64,000 nt of DNA from the human T2T-CHM13v2.0 reference genome, Homo sapiens. Every line of letters begins with the position of its first letter. Within the stretch, counting starts at the first letter, position 1. Location of the stretch: the NCBI RefSeq assembly GCF_009914755.1, contig NC_060945.1, one strand, 5' to 3'. The translations under genes and the position numbers were made by a program. Shown here piece by piece: positions 27,893 to 37,528 of the stretch. The notes below the pieces were generated by a model that was given only the letters and a program-made list of their open reading frames with translations, was not told where the DNA came from and ran no database searches.

Positions 27893-30875
27893 ATGTCTGC
27901 ACCTAAGCACAGTAGGGACTTGTCTGGCTCTTCTTATGAACGGTCCCCCAGCCTGGACTCCCCAAGGTCCATGCGAGCCTCACCCAGCTTCTCCCTCTCC
28001 CCTCTCAGAAACTCAGGCTTAAGGGGAAGCTCCTCACCAGGGATCCGGAGCTACCATTCACCATCCCCTAGGGCTTCACCACACTCACCTCTGTCATCAC
28101 CAGAATCCCACAAGCTCCCATTTCCCTGTCCTCACCGTGATGGGCAATCAATGAAGCCATCGGGCTCTCCCGTGTCCTCCTCTGAGGATTCCTCAGAGTC
28201 CCCACGTTCATCAATAATATACCACATGTTCTCACTGCCATCACCCAGCAGCTCACCCCCAGCTCTCGGGGGGTCTCCTGTGTCTCCCAGCTACTCCCCA
28301 AACAACCCCAGATTTCAGCTGGAGACAGCCCCCCACACCCAGGAATCACCTACAAACTCACGAGCCTCACGGTGCTCCACCACTGTGTCTTTCATCTCTT
28401 CACCCCCAGTACTCAGGGACTCTCCTGTGGCTCCCAGTTACTCTCCAGCCATCCCCAGGTTCCTGCGGGAGTCAGCCCCATGCACCCAGGAGTCCCCCAG
28501 AGACTCACATGTCTCGGGATAATATGAGCGGTCCCCCAGCCCTGACTCCTCAAGATTCATGCCTGCCTCACCCAGCTTCTCCCTCTCCCCTCCCAGAAAC
28601 TCAGACCCAAGGGGCAGCTCCTCACCAGGGATGTGGAAGTACTCTACATCATCCCGCAGGGCTTCACCACTCTCACATCCATCATCAACAGAATTCCACA
28701 GCTTTACGTTTCCCTTTCCTAACCAAGCAGGACAGTCACTCATGTCATTGTGTTCTCCCGTGTCCTCCTCTGGAGATTCTTCACAGTCACCTCATTCATC
28801 AATAATATACCATATGTTCTTACTGCCATCATCCAGCAGCTCACCCCCAGCCACCCATGACTCTCCTGTCTGTCCCAGCTACTCTCCAACCATGCCCAGA
28901 TTTCAGCGGGAGTCTGTACCCCACACCCCAGAAACACCTACAAACTCACAGACCTCAGTGAGATCCTGGCCAGTCTCTCTCACGTCTTCACCCCAGGCCT
29001 TACGGACCCTCCAGTCTGTCCCAGCTACTCTCCAACCACGCCCACATTTCAGAGCGGGTCAGTTCCAGGAACCCAGGGATCACCGCCAAGCCCACCACTT
29101 TCACTGAGTTACTCCCCAGTCTCTAGCACGTCCTTATCTCCAACCCTCAGGGACTCGCCTGACTGTCCCAGCTACTCTCCAAACACGCCCACACTCCAGC
29201 GGGAGTCCGTTGCAGGCACCCAGAAATCACCACCAAACTCACCAATTTCACTGCATTACTCCCCAGTCTCTCTCATGTCTTCACCATCCCTCAGGGACTC
29301 TCCCGTCTGTCCCAGCTACTCTCCAACCACGCCCACATTGCAGCTAGAGTCAGTTCCAGGCACCCCGGAATCACCACCAAACTCACCAATTTCACTCAGT
29401 TACTCCTCAGTCTCTAGCACGTCCTTATCTCCAACCCTCAGGGACTCTCCTGTGTGTCCCAGCTACTCTCCAACCACGCCCACACTTCAGCGGAAGTCAG
29501 TTCCAGGCACCCAGGAATCACCACCAAACTCACAAATTTCACTCAGTTACTCCTCAGTCTCTAGCACGTCTTTATCTCCAACCCTCAGGGACTCTCCTGT
29601 CTGTCCCAGCTACTCTCCAACCACGCCCACATTTCAGCTGGAGTCAGTTCCAGGCACCCCGGAGTCACCACCAAACTCACCAGTTTCACTCAGTTACTCC
29701 CCGGTCTCTCTCATGTCTTCACCCCCAGCCCTCAGGGACTCTCCTGTGGGTCCCAGCTACTCTCCAACCATGCCCAGATTTCAGCGGGAGTCAGTTCCAG
29801 GCACCCAGGTATCACCTACAAACTCAGCAGTTTCACTGAGTTACTCCCCAGTGTCTCTCATGTCTTCACCCCCAGCGCTCTGGACTCTCCTGTCTGTCCC
29901 AGCTACTCTCCCACCACGCCCAGATTTCAGCGGGAGTCAGCCTCCCACACTCCAGAATCACCTACGGACTCACAGACTTCACTGAGGTCCTCCCCGGTCT
30001 CTCTCAGGTCTTTGCCCTCAGCCCACAGGGACTCTCGTGTCTCTTTCAGCTACTCTCAAAACTTCTCTAGGTTCCAGCTGGAGTCAGTTCCAGGCACCCA
30101 CGATACACCACCGAACTCACGAATTTCACTGACTTACTCCCCAGTCTCCCTCATGTTGTCACCCGCAGCCCTCAGGGACTCTTCTGTCTCTCTCAGCTAC
30201 TCTCCAACCATCTCCAGATTTCACCTGGAGTCAGCTTCCCGCACCCAGGAATCACCTACAAACTCACGGACCTTACTGCAACCCTCCCCCATTTCTTTCA
30301 CCTCTTCACCCCCTGCCTTCAGGGACTCTCCTGGGTCTCCCAGCTTCTCTCCAGCCTTCCCCAGATTTCTGCCACAGTCAGCCCCAGGCACCCAGGACAA
30401 CCCTAGACACTCACAGGCCTCACGACACTATCTCCGTATGACCTGTACCTATACAGGGATGGCTCCCACGCATCCCTCAGTGACCCCAAACCCATCTCCA
30501 CCTACACTCAGACACTCCCAGGGCCTGACAGCTACTCCCCGTTATTGTCCTTCAGTTCGAAGCCCTGGCCAATCTACTACCCCACATGACGCAGTTACCT
30601 GGCCATTACTCCACGGTTCCCATGAGTGCCCCACACCCAGCCGCACAAGAGCCCCTCCTGCATTCCGTCCTCACACGCAGGCCTGTCCATCTACTTGCTA
30701 CTGTCACACTCTTGCCAGCAGAAGAGGCCCCTGTCATGGCCGATATCACCACCCAGTCTATCCTCACCCCACAGCTGTGCAAAGGGTCCCTCCTGCTGGC
30801 CCACGTGGCTGCCACATCCCATGCTGGCACGACGCTCCAGCAGGTCGGCGTCCCTGCGGGACACACTACCGGTGA
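27893..30875 (+). pseudogene. ACRO1 unit copy 2 ORF, disrupted and promoterless
   Basis: TAA at 28520-28522 (GAA in copy 1); 1-bp deletions at ~28991 and ~29881; upstream TATA region replaced by the inversion junction. Confidence 0.75.
27930..30420 (+). repeat. ACRO1 147-bp satellite array (copy 2)
   Basis: Period measured 29311 to 29458 = 147 bp; about 17 units. Confidence 0.92.
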
Positions 30876-31069
30876 CATGGCTAGCATCACCCTCCTTCCT
30901 GGCAGTGACACTGTTGATGTGAACCCCAGTTTCACATCTGTCATTTGTAAATAGGACCATTTTCCCTTTTCGCTCTCCCTTCCATTCACAGGGCTTTTCA
31001 TTCTCTCTGTTTCTACCTCCGTTTCAGATATTTACTCACCTTTTTCTCTCTCACTATGTCTGCCGTGGT

Positions 31070-31420
31070 CTCCATGAGAGTGCGCCACATAAGATTCCTC
31101 CATTAAAAGTCATGAATTGAGTGGCTTTTACTATACCTGTGGTTGTGCACATTCAATTTTAATTCGCAATCCATTGTAGAACGTCTTGTCACCCCCGACC
31201 AGAGAAAATCCCTGTAGACATTAGTCACTCCTCATTCTCTCTCAAACCCTCTCCCTGACCCTTAGCCCTAGGTAGCAACTACCTAGTGCGATCAACCCCA
31301 TATGCACAGATTTCCATATTGTGGGCATTTCCTACAAACGGAATTGCACAATAGGTGAGCTGTTATGACTGACATAACACGTAGCACAATATTTTCAAGA
31401 TTCATCCACATTGTAGGCTT
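31070..31420 (-). mobile_element. L1MA/MB 3' fragment within the ACRO unit
   Basis: gaattgagtggctttta...ggttgtgca, attttcaagattcatccacattgtag. Confidence 0.6.
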
Positions 31421-31477
31421 ACCCACAGGGGAAACCATTTTGTGGGGGGTTTTAGTAACACCGGGTGTTTTCTCCTT

Positions 31478-31545
31478 CTTTTCTTCCTTCTTTCCTTCCT
31501 TCCTTCCTTCCTTCCTTCCTTCCTTCCTTCCTTCCGTCCTTCCTC
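31478..31545. repeat. (TTCC)n simple repeat
   Basis: Direct reading. Confidence 0.95.
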
Positions 31546-32289
31546 CTATTTCTCTCTTACTCCTTCTGCCCTCTCTCTTTCATTTGCCTTAGGTGCATCC
31601 CACATTCTGCGTTTTTTTGGGGAAATCCTCAACAGGTGCAGGAAAATTGTGTTATTTTAACTATTTACCGCTATCTCCCTTTCACGGCTCTCCATCAGTT
31701 GTGAACATCTATTGGTTTATCCCAAGTCACTAAGCATATTTTTATTAGGTACACCTGTTTTTCCTTATACAGCTGTTTCTGGTGTATAGGGTCGCATACT
31801 CATAAAACCAGTGTACCTGAGAAACGCATCTAATATTCCAATAAACCCATCATAACGTTGAAAAATTATGAATCAAACCATCATAAATCACGGTTTGTCC
31901 GTGGATATGGTTGTCATCCATTCCATTGTATTCAGTAATGCTGTACACCATTAACAATGGCAGACTGATTGGGAGTGGATATTGATAGCATTATAAAAGT
32001 CAGTTATTAGAGGGATACTTCTTTAACCTGACTGAAGAAGTGATCTAATGGCTTAAGTACAGTGCATGATTATGTGAGATGTTTTGAGACAGAGTGGTAC
32101 ATTTGTGAATGAAATTTTATGGCTTTTTTTCACTTAGTAGGAAGCATTGTGTGTGGAAAAGTGAGAAAATTGCTTTCTGCTGTAGAGTCTGGCATTCATT
32201 GTAGATTTAAGCTTATTTTTCTGTGAGCAAATCTTATTCAATAAAATACTACTCTTTACACTAAAAAACAAAAACAGTGGTGATGTGTG

Positions 32290-32600
32290 GTCATTATCCT
32301 CAGCAAAGTAATCCAGGGAAAGAAAACCAAACGCCACATTCTCACTTATAATGGGAGCTGAAAAATGAGATCACATGGACACTGGAAGGGGAACAACACA
32401 CACTGGGGCCTTTCGGGAGGCAGAGCGTTAAGAAAAACAGCTACTGCATGCTGGGCTTAATACCTAGGTGATGGGTTGACAGGTGCAGCAAACCACCATG
32501 GCCCACGTTTACCTTAGTAACAAATCTGCACATCCTGCACATATACCCCAGAACTTAGAAACGAAACGAAACAAAAGAAAACGAAAAAGCAATAGCAAAA
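32290..32600 (+). mobile_element. L1PA 3' end with patterned A-tail within the ACRO unit
   Basis: cattatcctcagcaaa...acatggacactggaaggggaacaacacacactggggcc...taccccagaacttagaaacgaaacgaaac. Confidence 0.88.
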
Positions 32601-32769
32601 CGCTAAAGGCAAAATAAAGTTTCCAACTCAGAAAGTGACAGACCATTGTTTGGTTCAAATCATGGTTCTCAGCCCAGGTGCCATAAGGTCAGGATAAAGA
32701 ATTTGATTACATATTGTAAATAAGACATGCAGCAAATGACCAGAAAGATTATTCTCAACATATGTGTGT

Positions 32770-33255
32770 CTTCTAATTCAATGGTGACGCTATCTACCGG
32801 GACATAGCATTAGATTCCAAAGGGCCGAGTCCCGCCAGACAGGCCTCCCACACTCATAACAACGGGAAGCCCTACGTTGTTTTACCTGTGCTTCTCAGCA
32901 ACTGGCTATAAATCAGGTTGCCACCACTCCCAGATTTAGTTGCATTCATTGGCTGGAAGAGCTCACAGCACGCAGGGAAACACTTACATTTGCCATTGTA
33001 TTTTAGCGGACATTGCAAAAAGTTCAGAAATAAATGTGGGGCCCGGCATGTGGGGAGGGGCGCACTGCCTTCCAGGAAGTGTTATCCAGAAGCTCTCTGA
33101 ACCCAGTCCTTTTGGGTTTTTATGGAGACCTCATTCTATAGGCATGATGGGTTAAACCATAGGCTATTGGTGATCAACTCCACCTGAGGCTCTCAACCCT
33201 CCATGGAAATTGGGGTTGAGGCTTTGCCATTCTCAGTCTGACTAAAAGAAGTTAC
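32770..33255 (-). mobile_element. MER21-type LTR fragment upstream of ACRO copy 3
   Basis: Reverse complement of 26440-26925. Confidence 0.7.
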
Positions 33256-33303
33256 CCAAACGGAATTTTAAAACAGATGAGCATAACTGGACTCTTAATT
33301 AGA

Positions 33304-33314
33304 TGATTGGATTA
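33304..33314 (-). promoter_or_regulatory. DUX4-type motif (TGATTGGATTA)
   Basis: Identical to the copy 1 site, ~530 bp upstream of the Inr. Confidence 0.5.
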
Positions 33315-33776
33315 TCTGGACACACACCTTGATATTCCAAACCGGAGCACCCTCATGCAACGAATGCTCCACCCAACTGGCTCCCAAGTCTCCACGTGGT
33401 TCCAGAGCAAAAGAATGTTTATACAACGCATATCTCTACTTTTTCTTCAAAGTCTTTTCGCTTACACGGAAAGACTTCTTAAACTGCCATGCATCAGGGT
33501 CAGGGGGAGGTCTTGTTGCAACACACATCTGTGGATGTCCGGGATTTGATTGTGGCAAGGATGCTGCTGGTGTCGCAACCACAACGTGGGAACCACAGAA
33601 CCACTGGTTGGTTTTCAGTGTTTCAGTGCATACAATTCCTAATATATCTGGCCAAGAAAACTTGGAAGTTCTTAGATTGTCCCAAAGGTGGCGCATGAAA
33701 TCAAAGCAGGAGAACAGATTCCTACGAGGTGTAGCCTGGGAAAGTTGGGGGTGACTGATGGAAAGGAGGAGTGAAG

Positions 33777-33847
33777 CTCCGCCCTTTCCGCTGCTAGGCT
33801 GCGCCCGAGGCTATTTAAACCCACCCTGGCTGGCCTGTACTCAGATC
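33777..33847 (+). promoter_or_regulatory. Pol II core promoter of ACRO copy 3: GC box, TATA, Inr
   Basis: ctccgccc 33777-33784; TATTTAAA 33812-33819; TCAGATC 33841-33847 (YYANWYY), A+1 at 33843. Confidence 0.65.
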
Positions 33848-34170
33848 TTCGCGGAGCGGATCAGCGGCCGGAGCGTTTGGCGGACTCTGCGTGGACTTGG
33901 AGCTCACGGCGTCTTACGACTTGGAAGCGGATTCAGAGGACAGGACAGAACACTTGGGCAAGTGAATCTCTGTCTGTCTGTGTGTCTGTCTGTGTGTCTG
34001 TGTCATTGGTTGGTTGATTTCCATTTTCTTAAGGGGCACATACCTCACACCGCACACACAGAAACACACACATGCACACACACACACACGCACACACACG
34101 CACACACACTCCTTCCTTCTGCGAGTTAGAAAATTAGTAGGGGCCCCTGGGAGCTGCAGGTTTCCTAATC

Positions 34171-37154
34171 ATGTCTGCCCCTAAGAACAGTAGGGACTTG
34201 TCTGGCTCTTCTTATGAACGGTCCCCCAGCCTGGACTCCCCAAGGTCCATGCGAGCCTCAGCCAGCTTCTCCCTCTCCCCTCTCAGAAACTCAGGCTTAA
34301 GGGGAAGCTCCTCACCAGGGATCCGGAGCTACCATTCACCATCCCCTAGGGCTTCACCACACTCACCTCTGTCATCACCAGAATCCCACAAGCTCCCATT
34401 TCCCTGTCCTCACCGTGACGGGCAATCAATGAAGCCATCGGGCTCTCCCGTGTCCTCCTCTGAGGATTCCTCAGAGTCCCCACGTTCATCAATAATATAC
34501 CACATGTTCTCACTGCCATCACCCAGCAGCTCACCCCCAGCTCTCGGGGGGTCTCCTGTGTCTCCCAGCTACTCCCCAAACAACCCCAGATTTAAGCTGG
34601 AGTCAGCCCCCCACACCCAGGAATCACCTACAAACTCACGAGCCTCACGGTGCTCCACCACTGTGTCTTTCATCTCTTCACCCCCAGTACTCAGGGACTC
34701 TCCTGTGGCTCCCAGTTACTCTCCAGCCATCCCCAGGTTCCTGCGGGAGTCAGCCCCATGCACCCAGGAGTCCCCCAGAGACTCACATGTCTCGGGATAA
34801 TATGAGCGGTCCCCCAGCCCTGACTCCTCAAGATTCATGCCTGCCTCACCCAGCTTCTCCCTCTCCCATCCCAGAAACTCAGACCCAAGGGGTAGCTCCT
34901 CACCAGGGATGTGGAAGTACTCTACATCATCCCGCAGGGCTTCACCACTCTCACATCCATCATCAACAGAATTCCACAGCTTTACGTTTCCCTTTCCTAA
35001 CCAAGCAGGACAGTCACTCATGTCATTGTGTTCTCCCGTGTCCTCCTCTGGAGATTCTTCACAGTCACCTCATTCATCAATAATATACCATATGTTCTTA
35101 CTGCCATCATCCAGCAGCTCACCCCCAGCCACCCATGACTCTCCTGTCTGTCCCAGCTACTCTCCAACCATGCCCAGATTTCAGCGGGAGTCTGTACCCC
35201 ACACCCCAGAAACACCTACAAACTCACAGACCTCAGTGAGATCCTGGCCAGTCTCTCTCACGTCTTCACCCCCAGCCCTTACGGACCCTCCAGTCTGTCC
35301 CAGCTACTCTCCAACCACGCCCACATTTCAGCGCGGGTCAGTTCCAGGAACCCAGGGATCACCGCCAAGCCCACCACTTTCACTGAGTTACTCCCCAGTC
35401 TCTAGCACGTCTTTATCTCCAACCCTCAGGGAATCGCCTGACTGTCCCAGCTACTCTCCAAACACGCCCACACTTCAGCGGGAGTCCGTTGCAGGCCCCC
35501 AGAAATCACCACCAAACTCACCAATTTCACTGCGTTACTCCCCAGTCTCTCTCATGTCTTCACCATCCCTCAGGGACTCTCCCGTCTGTCCCAGCTACTC
35601 TCCAACCACGCCCACATTGCAGCTGGAGTCAGTTCCAGGCACCCCGGAATCACCACCAAACTCACCAATTTCACTCAGTTACTCCTCAGTCTCTAGCATG
35701 TCTTTATCTCCAACCCTCAGGGACTCTCTTGTGTGTCCCAGCTACTCTCCAACCACGCCCACACTTCAGCGGGAGTCAGTTCCAGGCACCCAGGAATCAC
35801 CACCAAACTCACCAATTTCACTCAATTACTCCTCAGTCTCTAGCACGTCTTTATCTCCAACCCTCAGGGACTCTCCTGTCTGTCCCAGCTACTCTCCAAC
35901 CACGCCCACATTTCAGCTGGAATCAGTTCCAGGCACCCCGGAGTCACCACCAAACTCACCAGTTTCACTCAGTTACTCCCCGGTCTCTCTCATGTCTTCA
36001 CCCCCAGCCCTCAGGGACTCTCCTGTGGGTCCCAGCTACTCTCCAACCATGCCCAGATTTCAGCGGGAGTCAGTTCCAGGCACCCAGGTATCACCTACAA
36101 ACTCAGCAGTTTCACTGAGTTACTCCCCAGTGTCTCTCATGTCTTCACCCCCAGCGCTCTGGACTCTCCTGTCTGTCCCAGCTACTCTCCCACCACGCCC
36201 AGATTTCAGCGGGAGTCAGCCTCCCACACTCCAGAATCACCTACGGACTCACAGACTTCACTGAGGTCCTCCCTGGTCTCTCTCAGGTCTTTGCCCTCAG
36301 CCCACAGGGACTCTCGTGTCTCTTTCAGCTACTCTCAAAACTTCTCTAGATTGCAGCTGGAGTCAGTTCCAGGCACCCACGATACACCACCGAACTCACG
36401 AATTTCACTGACTTACTCCCCAGTCTCCCTCATGTTCTCACCCCCAGCCCTCAGGGACTCTTCTGTCTCTCTCAGCTACTCTCCAACCATCTCCAGATTT
36501 CACCTGGAGTCAGCTTCCCGCACCCAGGAATCACCTACAAACTCACGGACCTTACTGCAACCCTCCCCCATTTCTTTCACCTCTTCACCCCCTGCCTTCA
36601 GGGACTCTCCTGGGTCTCCCAGCTTCTCTCCAGCCTTCCCCAGATTTCTGCCACAGTCAGCCCCAGGCACCCAGGACAACCCTAGACACTCACAGGCCTC
36701 ACGACACTATCTCCCTTTGACCTGTACCTGTACAGGGATGGCTCCCACGCATCCCTCAGTGACCCCAAACCCATCTCCACCTACACTCAGACACTCCCAG
36801 GGCCTGACAGCTACTCCCCGTTATTGTCCTTCAGTTCGAAGCCCTGGCCAATCTACTACCCCACATGACGCAGTTACCTGGCCATTACTCCACGGTTCCC
36901 GTGAGGGCCCCACACCCAGCCGCACAAGAGCCCCTCCTGCATTCCGTCCTCACACGCAGTCCTGTCCATCTACTTGCTACTGTCACACTCTTGCCAGCAG
37001 AAGAGGCCCCTGTCATGGCCGATATCACCACCCAGTCTATCCTCACCCCACAGCTGTGCAACGGGACCCTCCTGCTGGCCCACGTGGCTGCCACATCCCA
37101 TGCTGGCACGACACTCCAGCAGGTCGGCGTCCCTGCGGGACACACTACCGGTGA
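34171..37154 (+). pseudogene. ACRO1 unit copy 3 ORF: full-length template (994 aa reconstructed) with one nonsense codon and one frameshift
   Basis: TAA at 34798-34800 and a 1-bp deletion at ~36160; repairing both joins ORFs 34171-34800, 34837-36264 (5' part) and 36291-37154. Confidence 0.78.
34210..36700 (+). repeat. ACRO1 147-bp satellite array (copy 3)
   Basis: 147/144-bp units as in copy 2. Confidence 0.92.
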
Positions 37155-37528
37155 CATGGCTAGCATCACCCTCCTTCCTGGCAGTGACACTGTTGATGTG
37201 AACCCCAGTTTCACATCTGTCATTTGTAAATAGTACCATTTTCCCTTTTCGCTCTCCCTTCCATTCACAGGGCTTTTCATTCTCTCTGTTTCTGCCTCCG
37301 TTTCAGATATTTACTCACCTTTTTCTCTCTCACTATGTCTGCCGTGGTCTCCATGAGAGTGCGCCACATAAGATTCCCCCATTAAAAGTCATGAATTGAG
37401 TGGCTTTTAGTATACCTGTGGTTGTGCAATTTCAATTTTAATTCGCAATCCATTGTAGAACGTCTTGTCACCCCCGACCAGAGAAAAACCCTGTAGACAT
37501 TAGTCACTCCTCATTCTGTTTCAAACCC

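Larger units (their letters stand above)
27794..37528 (+). repeat. Tandem ~6.3-kb ACRO composite units (period 6278 bp)
   Basis: ORF starts at 27893 and 34171; 27794-31250 recurs at ~34060-37528. Confidence 0.92.

Noticed and set aside
31102-31107. ATTAAA as the ACRO poly(A) signal (also 37381)
   Set aside because: Lies in an antisense L1M fragment; plausible but not distinguishable from chance
33962-34159. Possible 5'UTR intron (caa|gtgaat ... ctgcag|g) in the ACRO leader
   Set aside because: The acceptor lacks a polypyrimidine tract; cannot be supported without cDNA
23358-37154. Calling the CTD-like ORFs POLR2A pseudogenes
   Set aside because: No RPB1 catalytic domains are adjacent, and the heptads are degenerate and arranged in 49-aa units; direct descent is not shown
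23564-37280. Alternative-frame and antisense ORFs over the ACRO arrays (e.g. 223, 209, 204, 142 aa)
   Set aside because: By-products of a 3n-period, compositionally skewed repeat, lacking promoter/first-ATG context. They also show that long open frames arise easily here, which tempers the main ORF claim
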